The notes below the pieces were generated by a model. That model did not search any database, was not told the DNA's origin, and saw only the letters and a list, made by a program, of their open reading frames with translations. Made by a program: the position numbers and the translations under genes. From contig JAOMEV010000002.1 of the NCBI GenBank assembly GCA_028346125.1, positions 23,291 to 87,290 on the forward strand: DNA of 64,000 nucleotides, given 5' to 3'. This DNA is from Bacteriovoracales bacterium. Its GTDB lineage: Bacteria > Bdellovibrionota > Bacteriovoracia > Bacteriovoracales > Bacteriovoracaceae. Below are positions 54,920 to 63,980 of the stretch, in pieces. The stretch's first letter is position 1. Every line of letters begins with the position of its first letter.

Positions 54920-56389
54920 ATGGAATTTAATGAGGCCTGTTTTGAACAATTTTATGAGTCACTAAACTTAGAGGGAATTTTTGAGGGCATCGATCATGTC
55001 CTAAAAAATTGTAATCAGCATATTATTTCAAAAAAGGAAACTGTATCTCTTGATGAAATAGCGGAAAAAAAAATAAAAACAGACGAAGGGAGTACTCTTT
55101 TTTTCCTAAAGGTAGAGGGAGAAATGATAAAATTTTATGAAAGTTACCTTTTACATTGCTGGAAAATGTTTATTCATGAGGAAAAAGAAAAAGGAATACA
55201 TGGAATTAAGGAAATTTTAAAAAAAGATTTGGACGGAATTTTGAGACCGAAAACTTTTAAGAATGAAACTGATATGAAGGAATTTCTTTCAAGATCCTTA
55301 CTTCGTTTGTCCATTTCTTTCCCTTGTGACGAGTTGAAAATTTTTTATCTTGATAATGATCTTTTAAGAGAAATGGCCTCATGGACCTCATTTGAAGTAG
55401 AAAATGAAGAGAGCATCGTACTTCCTTTAGATACAGATTCTATAGAAAGTATTAGCTTACTTAGTGAGTTTCCCTATCATGTCCCAGATACCTCTGAGCT
55501 AAAGGATATAGATTTAAAAGGGGATTGGAAAAGTTATAGCAGCTTTCCTCTATATTCTGGAGAGCAAATTATAGGTGTTCTGAGTTTAAAGAACTTATAT
55601 AGGCCTCATCTTACTTTTGCAGATTTTAAAATGATTGAATTCGTTTGTCAGGGTATCGGTAATGTTCTCGGGCAGGGTTTTACTCAACTCGAATTAGATG
55701 AATCAACAAAAGATAATAAATTTCTATCCAATTATATTTCCAAATTTCTTTTAAGTGAAATCGAAGAAGAGGGAAGTCAAGATCGTTTTAAGGCAATGAA
55801 AAAAGAGGTAGTTTCTTTATTTGCAGATATCAGGAGTTTTACAAGTATCAGTGAAAAACTAGACCCAAAAGTTTTAATTAATCTTCTTAATATTTACTTT
55901 GAAGAAGTCACCTCTGTTATTGAGGAGCATTATGGGACTGTTGATAAACTTGTGGGAGATATGATTATGGTAAAATGGAATATCCCCCATGATGTTAAAG
56001 ATGCGAGAATTCATGCTGTAAAGGCCGCAGTGGCCATGCAAAAAAAAATGATAACCAAAGTTGTTCCCCACTGGAAAAATGCTGGTGTCCCTATGGTGGG
56101 CATAGGGATCGGCGTTGATTGTGGAGAGGCCTATGTTGGAAATGTGGGAAGTTCAAACTTTATCAATTATACTGCTTTTGGGGAATCTGTCGAAGTGGCG
56201 GCTCAATTAGAAGCATTAGCAAGGCCTGGGCAAGTACTTATAACTGATCAGTATTTTAAAAAAGTAAAGGGTAAGATTCCAATGCCTTATAAGCAATTAA
56301 GAAATATACCTTTAAAGGGACGAGGCAAAAATAATATGGTTCATGTCATTAAAACCTTAGACTATCCGGATTATACGTCTAGAATGTAA
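54920..56389 (+). CDS. GAF-domain class III nucleotidyl cyclase homolog, C1-like (metal-binding Asp pair intact; transition-state Asn/Arg lost)
   Basis: VSLFADIRSFT (D303), DKLVGDMIM (D347), FGESVEVAAQLE (E425 and Q429 at the Asn/Arg positions). The central region is GAF-like. Starts 4 nt after the upstream gene. Confidence 0.8.
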   Translation: MEFNEACFEQFYESLNLEGIFEGIDHVLKNCNQHIISKKETVSLDEIAEKKIKTDEGSTLFFLKVEGEMIKFYESYLLHCWKMFIHEEKEKGIHGIKEILKKDLDGILRPKTFKNETDMKEFLSRSLLRLSISFPCDELKIFYLDNDLLREMASWTSFEVENEESIVLPLDTDSIESISLLSEFPYHVPDTSELKDIDLKGDWKSYSSFPLYSGEQIIGVLSLKNLYRPHLTFADFKMIEFVCQGIGNVLGQGFTQLELDESTKDNKFLSNYISKFLLSEIEEEGSQDRFKAMKKEVVSLFADIRSFTSISEKLDPKVLINLLNIYFEEVTSVIEEHYGTVDKLVGDMIMVKWNIPHDVKDARIHAVKAAVAMQKKMITKVVPHWKNAGVPMVGIGIGVDCGEAYVGNVGSSNFINYTAFGESVEVAAQLEALARPGQVLITDQYFKKVKGKIPMPYKQLRNIPLKGRGKNNMVHVIKTLDYPDYTSRM

Positions 56390-57170
56390 AACCTCTTTCA
56401 AGAAATAAAGTGACGGCCTTTTCAAATGAGTTGGGGTCTTCAAAGTGAGTATTATGGGAAACATCGTTAATAGATTTGTGATAACTATTGGGGACTTTGT
56501 CTATAAAATCTTTACCTATTTGAGTATATTTTTTATCTCTTTCACCAGAAATATAAAGGAGAGGTGTCTGATTTTTTTTAAAAAGGGGAATAAGGTTATC
56601 TTGTCTTCCTAAAGAAAAATTTTGAAGAGATTTTTTTATTTCTTTTAAGGAGTTTTTTTCTCTTCTTGTAAGAAGCTTATGAAAGTTCTCTTTTTTAGAA
56701 ATATCCCCAAAAAGTTCTAGATTGTACCACTTTAATAAAAAATTGTTAAAATCATTTTGAGAATGAATATGAGAGAGCAATCCTTCATCACTTTTTATTC
56801 TTTCTTTTTTAAGAAAATCAGACTCAAGTCCAGGATGACATGATTCTACGATAACTTTTTCAAATTGGTCTGGGTCTTTTGATAGGAGGTCTAATGCGAT
56901 TCTGCCACCAAGAGAATAACCTAAAAGAAAGCAGGGCCTTGTTGTAATTTTTTTTATATGGCCAAGAATTGAAAAAGAGAGATCATTGAAGCTTTGTATA
57001 GAAATTTTTTCAAAAGGGTTTACCCCATGTCCGGGAAGGTCTAAAAGAAGGCAGCTGTATTTTTTGGATAAAGATTGGGTTATCTCGAACCAATCGTAGT
57101 GGGAACCCATAAATCCATGCAGAAATAAAACCAAAGGTTTGGAAGGGTCTCCAACACGAAAAAATTTCAA
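56379..57170 (-). CDS. menH: 2-succinyl-6-hydroxy-2,4-cyclohexadiene-1-carboxylate synthase
   Basis: LVLFLHGFMGSHYDW, LLDLPGHG, LLGYSLGGRIAL, VESCHPGL, GERDKKY are collinear with E. coli MenH blocks. Overlaps menE by 4 nt. Confidence 0.85.
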   Translation of the reverse strand: MKFFRVGDPSKPLVLFLHGFMGSHYDWFEITQSLSKKYSCLLLDLPGHGVNPFEKISIQSFNDLSFSILGHIKKITTRPCFLLGYSLGGRIALDLLSKDPDQFEKVIVESCHPGLESDFLKKERIKSDEGLLSHIHSQNDFNNFLLKWYNLELFGDISKKENFHKLLTRREKNSLKEIKKSLQNFSLGRQDNLIPLFKKNQTPLLYISGERDKKYTQIGKDFIDKVPNSYHKSINDVSHNTHFEDPNSFEKAVTLFLERGFTF

Positions 57171-58516
57171 GCGGAGTTCTCCTTCTCAATTATTGCTAAG
57201 GCCTTTTTTTTGAGCTCACTTTTTTGGGGTTTGATTCCTTGATAGGAAAAATCATTTGGAAAATAATACTTCGGTTTTTTAAAGGGGTGAATTTTATCTT
57301 TTAAGAATTGGGAAAGCTCTTCTTTAGTTAATTTTTTTTTGGATTTATAAAAAGCGAAGGGAACTTTCTCAAATTTGGAGTGTGGAACAGGAACAACATG
57401 GACTTCTTCAATATCCTGATGTTCTATTAGGGCCTCTTCAATTTCAACAGGGTTTATATTTTCTCCCCCGGAGATAAAAATATTATCAACTCTACCTTTA
57501 ATGATAAGATTTCCTGTTTTTGTTAATTCGCCTAGGTCTTGTGATATCCATTTTTTTTCAGAAGGAGTTAGCTCTTTATTTATTATGTATCCCAAAAATG
57601 ATGTTGGACCCTCTAAGATAACTTTACCTTTGGAACCAATTTTTAGGTTCCTGTAAGGGAGGGGAGACCCAAGATGATAGATATCCTTTTTTTCTAAAAA
57701 GTCACGAGGTTTTTGGGCCGTCACCTGAGAGGCCATTTCGGAAAGTCCATATGTTGGTGAAAGAGGTAATCTTTGTCTTTTCGCATCCTTCATTAATGAG
57801 TTACTGACCTGGGCACCACCAACTAAGATGGCCTTTAAAGAGTGGTCCAATTTAGAGTTTATAATGCTTTTTAATTGATGAGGAACAAGAGAAAGAAAAG
57901 TCGGTTTCTCTGTATTAATAAACTCAGTTAAGTTTTGAGATTTGTGTTTTATGACGACTGAGGCTCCAGCAATGAGGCACCTAAGGCCAATCATCAGTCC
58001 TCCAATATGGTGGGGTGGAAGAGTGAGGCCCCAACGGTCGTGATTTCCTAAGGAATAGAATTGGTTGGTTCCAAGGGCACTATAATAAAGGTTTTTTTGT
58101 TCAAGCACGACCCCTTTTGGTTGGCCCGAGCTCCCTGAAGTGAGAATAACGAGGCAGGGTCCTTCATGGCCAAAAGTTGAAGTTAAAGTTGAAAGCTTCA
58201 AAACTTTTTCTTTTTGGATGAGGAATGAAAAAGGAATTTCTTTATGCCACTTTTTTATTTCTTCTAGAGGGGCCTTTGGAGAGAAGGGAACTGCAATTGC
58301 ATCAAGTTTCCAAAGGGCAAAAAGATCAATGAAGAAATCTATTGGAGAGCTTCTTTGAAAAGCGATAAGGTGACCTTTTTTGATACCTTGATGCCTAAGG
58401 CTTTTGGACCGCTCTATAATGCGGAGCTCTATATGCTTGTAAGAATACTTCTTGCCCTCTTCAATAAAAAAGGGAGAATTTTGCGATGCATTTATGTGGT
58501 CAAAAAAAGTTTTCAT
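57167..58516 (-). CDS. menE: O-succinylbenzoate-CoA ligase
   Basis: AMP-binding motif LTSGSSGQPKGV, about 450 aa (MenE size class), operonic with menH. Confidence 0.8.
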   Translation of the reverse strand: MKTFFDHINASQNSPFFIEEGKKYSYKHIELRIIERSKSLRHQGIKKGHLIAFQRSSPIDFFIDLFALWKLDAIAVPFSPKAPLEEIKKWHKEIPFSFLIQKEKVLKLSTLTSTFGHEGPCLVILTSGSSGQPKGVVLEQKNLYYSALGTNQFYSLGNHDRWGLTLPPHHIGGLMIGLRCLIAGASVVIKHKSQNLTEFINTEKPTFLSLVPHQLKSIINSKLDHSLKAILVGGAQVSNSLMKDAKRQRLPLSPTYGLSEMASQVTAQKPRDFLEKKDIYHLGSPLPYRNLKIGSKGKVILEGPTSFLGYIINKELTPSEKKWISQDLGELTKTGNLIIKGRVDNIFISGGENINPVEIEEALIEHQDIEEVHVVPVPHSKFEKVPFAFYKSKKKLTKEELSQFLKDKIHPFKKPKYYFPNDFSYQGIKPQKSELKKKALAIIEKENSA

Positions 58517-58568
58517 GAACGTTTTGAGTAGATTATTTTTACACGAATTTCAAGGAAAAAGACTTATT

Positions 58569-58841
58569 TTAGGCCGCAATAATTTCCTCATTGTCTTTTT
58601 TTTCTTCCTCTTGGTCCTTCTTGTTCAACAAGGTGTTAACGAGTGGGTCGTTTTTCTCGATCTCTTCTACAAATTCTTCGAGGACACATTTTAGAGTTTC
58701 GTTAACTTTCCTATTGTATCGGTTGCAAAATGTTTGAATTTTTTCATAGTATTCTATGTCTAAAGACACACGGATCATTTTCTTCTTGCCACTTTTTCTT
58801 TTAGTTCCGCTGTTTATGATTTGTCTCAATATTTTTGACAT
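58569..58841 (-). CDS. small basic protein, possibly ribbon-helix-helix
   Basis: MIRVSLDIEYYEKIQTFCNRYNRKVNETLKCVLEEF resembles a CopG/RHH beta-alpha-alpha layout. Weak assignment. Confidence 0.35.
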   Translation of the reverse strand: MSKILRQIINSGTKRKSGKKKMIRVSLDIEYYEKIQTFCNRYNRKVNETLKCVLEEFVEEIEKNDPLVNTLLNKKDQEEEKKDNEEIIAA

Positions 58842-58934
58842 AGTTTCTCTCCATTTTGACCTTCTTTTGTTAGGTCGGTAAATGGAAAGAAAAACTTTAC
58901 TAAAAAAGTCTTGTTTTCGTTAGTAAAAAAAAAT

Positions 58935-59306
58935 TTATGAAAGTAATTTGTTGATTGCTTCGTCAAAGTCTTCTTTGAATATGGGTTTAGAAAGGTATCC
59001 AACTTTGGGAAACTTCGAAGTTTTCTCTTTCGCCTCTTCAACGCTAGCGCTCACTACGAGAACTGGGGTAGTTATTCCTCTTTCATTCCTTAACTTTTCA
59101 ATAAATTTTATTCCATTAAGTTCAGGCATAATGATATCAAGAAAAATAAGGTCGATATGGTCTTCCTTATCAATGCTAGTTAAGGCCTCTTTTCCATTAA
59201 AGGCCTTAACAATTCTAGAGTCTTCACCGTAGAAATCTTCAATGAACTCACCGAGGATATCTGCAATCTTGGCTTCGTCATCAACAATTAAAAATGTTTT
59301 GGCCAT
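58935..59306 (-). CDS. single-domain response regulator receiver
   Basis: FLIVDDEAKIADIL, LIFLDIIMPELNG, VLVVSA, YLSKP. Confidence 0.8.
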   Translation of the reverse strand: MAKTFLIVDDEAKIADILGEFIEDFYGEDSRIVKAFNGKEALTSIDKEDHIDLIFLDIIMPELNGIKFIEKLRNERGITTPVLVVSASVEEAKEKTSKFPKVGYLSKPIFKEDFDEAINKLLS

Positions 59307-59336
59307 TGTTTACCTCTTTTTTAAAATTTATAAATA

Positions 59337-59546
59337 TTAATTTTCATCAAGTCTAAAGCCAACTTTTAAAGTCACCTGATAAAGAGGTTTTCCTAATTCA
59401 AAGTTGCCTCTTATTTCCTGAACCTCGAACCATCTTAAATTGTGAATGGATTGTGATGCTTTTTTGTGGGCGTTCTCAACTGCTTTTTCAATTGAATCTT
59501 CTGATACACCTACTATTTCAACTTTTTTGTATGTTTTATCTGGCAT
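59337..59546 (-). CDS. dodecin-family flavin-binding protein
   Basis: YKKVEIVGVSEDSIEKAVENA...NLRWFEVQEIRGNFELGKPLYQVTLKVGFRLDE matches the dodecin pattern. 69 aa. Confidence 0.8.
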   Translation of the reverse strand: MPDKTYKKVEIVGVSEDSIEKAVENAHKKASQSIHNLRWFEVQEIRGNFELGKPLYQVTLKVGFRLDEN

Positions 59547-59733
59547 TAAGGATTCTCCTTTTTAAAATCTATTTTGAGAGATCGTCACTTTTTTCATCTA
59601 TGTAAGGGATATGAGGTTTTTATGCCTTGGGGGAAAATTATTCTAATAAAATTTTATAAACAAAAAATATTCAAACCTTGGAATTTTTCAATATTACCTA
59701 AGAAAGTGATTAAAACACTCCGATAATTTCATT

Positions 59734-62550
59734 ATGTTTAAGGTCCTTTTAACAATATTATTCTTCTTATCGTGGTCAACGATATCACTTGGTTCTCTTG
59801 TTTTAGTAGATGGTAAGGACTTATATAAAGTGGGTTTTCATCTCGATATTCTTGAAGACCAAACAGGACTTCTTACAATTAGCGATGTTACCAAAGAAAG
59901 AATGTCCTTAAAGTTTAAAAAAAGTACAAGTGAGGCGCCTAATTTTGGTGGCTCAAAGTCTTCTTTTTGGGCAAGACTTAAAATAGAAAATCGGTCCATG
60001 AAAAAAAAGGAATGGCTTCTTTTTTCTACCTTTTATACCCAAGATGAAATTATTTTTTATAGAAAAATGGGAAGTGGTTGGAGCTTGTCAAAAACTGGAG
60101 ACCTTTACCCTTTTTCCTCACGGGAAATTAAAGCGAGACCATTTGTATTCAAATTAAATCCTGGGAAAGAATCTATTTATTACGTACGTATTAGGGGGAC
60201 AGATAACCAGTTTAGCCTCCATTTGACTGATGTAGAAAACTTTTCTTTAAGGGAATCAAAAGCAAATTATGTTTACGGTCTTATCTTTGGACTTTTTCTA
60301 TCTATGGTCCTTTACAATTTTTTTATTTCTGTAGTTACAAAAAGCTTCTCATACCTTTATTATGTTTTTTTCACTCTCTTTATGGGCATTTTTATTTCTG
60401 GACTTGAAGGTTTTAATCAAATTTACTTATTTCAGGATTATCCTTGGTTTAGTAATAGTGGTCAGGGTATGTGGAATGGACTTGGGCAGTTTTTTGGGAG
60501 TCTTTTTGCTTTTTACTACCTCGAAGTAAAGAATGCGGGATCAACCTTTTATAATATAATCTTAGCATTGTGCTTTTCAAGTGCCTTCGTTGCCCTTTCA
60601 TCTTTATTTTTGCCCTATTCTATTCATTTGAAGTTATGGCTTCTTCATGCTCTTTATATTGTTATCGTTTTGATATTATGTGCCTTTAAGCGATTAAGGC
60701 AAAATTATAGGCCAGCATTTTATTTCCTTATTTCATGGTTACCTCTTCTTTTAGGGGGAGGTCTAACTTCAATGATGCCTTTGGGCCTGGCCCCAAGTAA
60801 TTTTTTTACTCAAAATGCATTTACAATTGGAAGTGCGATTCAGTTCATTCTTCTTTCTATGGGTTTGGCGGATCGGTTTAATTATCAACAAAGTATTGCA
60901 CTTAAAAAAGAAAAAAGGCTCGTTTCGTTATTAGATAAATCAATGTTTGACCTTGGAGAAAAGAATAGCGAATTGGAATTTATGAATAGAAAAATGAAAA
61001 TTAAAAACTTGCAGGAAAAAGAAGACCACCGTCAATTGAAATTAATGTTTAACTCTTTAGAGGAAAGTAAAAATAATTTGGAAGGAAAAGTTAAAGAAAG
61101 AACAAAAGAATTAACGAAGGTTCAGGACGAAAGAAGTTTATTTTTTGCTAAGCTAAGTCATGAACTAAGAACTCCCCTTAATTCAATTTTGGGCTTTTCC
61201 AATTATTTATTGGAGTCCCGCGATAATTATAAAAGTGATGAGGAAGAGTATTTAAAGTGTATCAAGTCGAGCGGCTATTCTCTTTTAGGCTTGGTTGATG
61301 AAATTCATGATTTCACAAAGATCGACCTGTCCGAACTTAAAATTGTCAAAAGAAAAATGGATTTGAAGGCCTTTATAAAAAATATTTCTGTTTTTTATAA
61401 TCATCAATGTAATCAGAAAGGTTTGTCTTTTATTAGTGAAATTGATGATAAAGCTCCTAATTTTATTATTTTTGATGAATTAAGAATTAAGCAAGTTTTG
61501 AATAATATGTTGAATAATGCTTTAAAATTTACTGAAAAAGGGTCGTTAAATTTAAAATGCATTTGTAACTTTAGAGATGATTCTCCGTCAAAATTAGAAC
61601 TGAAGTTTATTATTCAAGACTCAGGAATTGGGATTAAAAACGAAAATATAAAAAAACTTTTTAATACTTTTTCTCAGGTTCATGAATCAGGAGCTATCGA
61701 AGAGAGAGGTACCGGTTTAGGTCTTTATATTTCTAAAAAAATTGTAGATGAAATGAATGGAACGATTATTGTTGAGAGTACATATGGTGAAGGAACAAAG
61801 TTTGAATTAAAATTCCTGAATATAGAAATTTCAGAGACACCGATTAATGAAAAAATTAACCCTATTAAATATAAGTTTTTTGGAGATAAAATTCTTATTG
61901 GAGATGACCTCCCCATAAATATTGTCCTCTTAGAGACATACCTTAGAGGCTGTGATCTTGATGTTTTAAAGGCGAATAATGGAAAAGAGGTGTTAAAAAA
62001 AGCAAAAAAATATCGTCCAGACCTTATTATTACGGATTATAATATGCCTGAAGGCGATGGTGGGAATGTCATTGATGAGCTAAAAAAAACAAGTGTTACT
62101 AAAGATATTCCTGTCATCCTTATTACCGCCTTTAAGGTTGAACAAAAAATGAAAAATCTCTTTCAAAGTGTTTTAAGTAAACCTATTGAAAAAGAAAATT
62201 TCCTTGAGGAAATTGCACGCTATCTTAAACATACCAAAGAAGAAGACGTTGATTATAACGAAAGTGCACAAAATAATTTTTACATTAGTGGTAATCTAGG
62301 AGAGATCGAAAAGGAAATTATTCAAAAAATGAAAAGCAAATTTGATAACTTTATAGAACTTCAGGACATAGTTGGATTAGAACAATTTTGTCAAGAGCTG
62401 ATCGAGATTATTGAAAATAATAAATTAAAATATTTAAGGCCGTGGTTTGAAAACCTTTTTATAGAATCATCAACCTTCCAAATCGATAAGATGAATGAAC
62501 ACCTCCAAGAGGCCCTAGAACAAATTAATAAATTTTTAGAAAAAGACTAA
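59734..62550 (+). CDS. 7TMR-DISM hybrid sensor histidine kinase (DISMED2 + 7TM + HisKA + HATPase + REC + helical C-terminal extension)
   Basis: FFAKLSHELRTPLNSILGF (H-box), NNMLNNALKFT (N-box), GTGLGLYISKKIV (G2), ILIGDDLPINIVLLE / LIITDYNMPEGDG (REC). Confidence 0.85.
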   Translation: MFKVLLTILFFLSWSTISLGSLVLVDGKDLYKVGFHLDILEDQTGLLTISDVTKERMSLKFKKSTSEAPNFGGSKSSFWARLKIENRSMKKKEWLLFSTFYTQDEIIFYRKMGSGWSLSKTGDLYPFSSREIKARPFVFKLNPGKESIYYVRIRGTDNQFSLHLTDVENFSLRESKANYVYGLIFGLFLSMVLYNFFISVVTKSFSYLYYVFFTLFMGIFISGLEGFNQIYLFQDYPWFSNSGQGMWNGLGQFFGSLFAFYYLEVKNAGSTFYNIILALCFSSAFVALSSLFLPYSIHLKLWLLHALYIVIVLILCAFKRLRQNYRPAFYFLISWLPLLLGGGLTSMMPLGLAPSNFFTQNAFTIGSAIQFILLSMGLADRFNYQQSIALKKEKRLVSLLDKSMFDLGEKNSELEFMNRKMKIKNLQEKEDHRQLKLMFNSLEESKNNLEGKVKERTKELTKVQDERSLFFAKLSHELRTPLNSILGFSNYLLESRDNYKSDEEEYLKCIKSSGYSLLGLVDEIHDFTKIDLSELKIVKRKMDLKAFIKNISVFYNHQCNQKGLSFISEIDDKAPNFIIFDELRIKQVLNNMLNNALKFTEKGSLNLKCICNFRDDSPSKLELKFIIQDSGIGIKNENIKKLFNTFSQVHESGAIEERGTGLGLYISKKIVDEMNGTIIVESTYGEGTKFELKFLNIEISETPINEKINPIKYKFFGDKILIGDDLPINIVLLETYLRGCDLDVLKANNGKEVLKKAKKYRPDLIITDYNMPEGDGGNVIDELKKTSVTKDIPVILITAFKVEQKMKNLFQSVLSKPIEKENFLEEIARYLKHTKEEDVDYNESAQNNFYISGNLGEIEKEIIQKMKSKFDNFIELQDIVGLEQFCQELIEIIENNKLKYLRPWFENLFIESSTFQIDKMNEHLQEALEQINKFLEKD

Positions 62551-63980
62551 TTTAATGTCAGTGAAAAAAATGTCTTTTTCGTTTGAAAGTCTCGAAGCAG
62601 GGAGAAATTGATTTTTAAAGGAGAAATATGACTTATAAGTATTTCAGTACTTAAAGTCACCCCTCCTGTGCTCCAGTGACTTTTATCAATAAGGTTATTT
62701 GTAAAATTATTAAAAATAAGAGAGAGGGCAGACCTTCTAAGAGAAAAAGGAAATACTTTGAAATAAAAGGATTTGTTGAAAACAGTGGTCGATTTTAACC
62801 CTAACCGAAAAGATGAGATGTTTTCATTTTGAGAAAGAGTGTAATTTGGATAGGGTACGTTTTCTGTAAGTCCATTAAGCTCTAAAGTTGTAGCGTCGGT
62901 CCAGGAAAAGTCAGTATCAATCGAAGCATAATTTTCACCTCCGAAATCTTTCGAATAAAGTCCTTTGACCTTAATAAGGTTCTTTTTTGTCGATAAGTTT
63001 TTTGAAAGGCCAAGACTTCCCTTAATTTTTTTATAAGAGTTATATGATAAAAAATATTTCTCATCCTTAACTAAGCTCAGCTCCAACCCGGTATTCGCAT
63101 TGTTGCTTGAAAGGTCTTTTGAAATAAAAGCGCCTGATAAGAGTTTAAATTGATTTATCTCTTTAAAAGGATAGTAAGCGCTCAATAAGATATTTATTTC
63201 ACTTATATCTTTATAGATATCTTCTTTATAGTCCGTTTTTTTTAAGTCGATGCCTAACTTCCAGGATAGGGGGTCCTTTTGAGAAGAGAGGAGACCCTTA
63301 AAAGAATGAGAGTAGGAGTTATTTGTTTTGTCATCAGATATATCGTAGAGGAGAGATAGGGCATTATACTTCAGTGGATCTTCCCAGTAAGCACTTAGAC
63401 CGAAGTTTTGCGATGTACTTTGGAGTTGAAAGTAGCTATAGCGGAGAGATTTAAAAGGAGAATATATTTTACCAGATTTAATTTTTTCTTTACCTTTTTC
63501 TATAACAATTTTTTTATTTTCAAAAAGGTTTTTAAAATAAGGAAGTTGCTCTAGATCCATGTCCTTTTTTATTACTTTATAGTGATGGCCATCTGAAAAA
63601 GTTTCGGCGACTAAAAACTCATTATCATTAAGAATTTTTGCCTCTACGATGGCATCTGAAGATGAGATCCTTTTAGGCAAACCTTTAAAATTATACTTAA
63701 AAAGAGACGAGCCATTTTTAACTTTGGCCATAAAATAAATAACCTGGTCATGAATATCGGAAATTTTTCCGTAATAACCTTTATACTTAAATATAGGTTT
63801 ATTATTTTTGAGAAGGATTCTGTCTTCTCCTTTTTGAAAAAAACAGAAGGCATTTTCATTTTTATCAAAAATAGCTTGAGAGTGACAGCGGCCGATTTTT
63901 TTATCACCGATGTAGAGATGGGGCGTCTCAAAGGCTTTTTTAGAGTCAAAAGAGAGCCACTTATGGTTTTTTATATCCAT
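62547..63980 (-). CDS. hypothetical beta-rich protein (possible outer-membrane barrel); N-terminus may lie beyond the window
   Basis: No signal peptide at the listed Met, and the frame stays open to the window edge. The C-terminal two thirds have an alternating beta-strand pattern. Confidence 0.4.
   Translation of the reverse strand: MDIKNHKWLSFDSKKAFETPHLYIGDKKIGRCHSQAIFDKNENAFCFFQKGEDRILLKNNKPIFKYKGYYGKISDIHDQVIYFMAKVKNGSSLFKYNFKGLPKRISSSDAIVEAKILNDNEFLVAETFSDGHHYKVIKKDMDLEQLPYFKNLFENKKIVIEKGKEKIKSGKIYSPFKSLRYSYFQLQSTSQNFGLSAYWEDPLKYNALSLLYDISDDKTNNSYSHSFKGLLSSQKDPLSWKLGIDLKKTDYKEDIYKDISEINILLSAYYPFKEINQFKLLSGAFISKDLSSNNANTGLELSLVKDEKYFLSYNSYKKIKGSLGLSKNLSTKKNLIKVKGLYSKDFGGENYASIDTDFSWTDATTLELNGLTENVPYPNYTLSQNENISSFRLGLKSTTVFNKSFYFKVFPFSLRRSALSLIFNNFTNNLIDKSHWSTGGVTLSTEILISHISPLKINFSLLRDFQTKKTFFSLTLN

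Noticed and set aside
53438-56389. The cyclase pair as a Pycsar/CBASS-type anti-phage signalling system.
   Set aside because: No effector with TIR, transmembrane, nuclease, patatin or cNMP-binding domains is adjacent. GAF sensor domains and the housekeeping neighbourhood (menH/menE) fit ordinary second-messenger signalling better. I cannot exclude it without product identification.
18611-58516. menB separated by about 37 kb from menE-menH, as a possible disrupted menaquinone cluster.
   Set aside because: Scattered men genes are common in bacteria. All three genes look intact, so this is not evidence of rearrangement or novelty.
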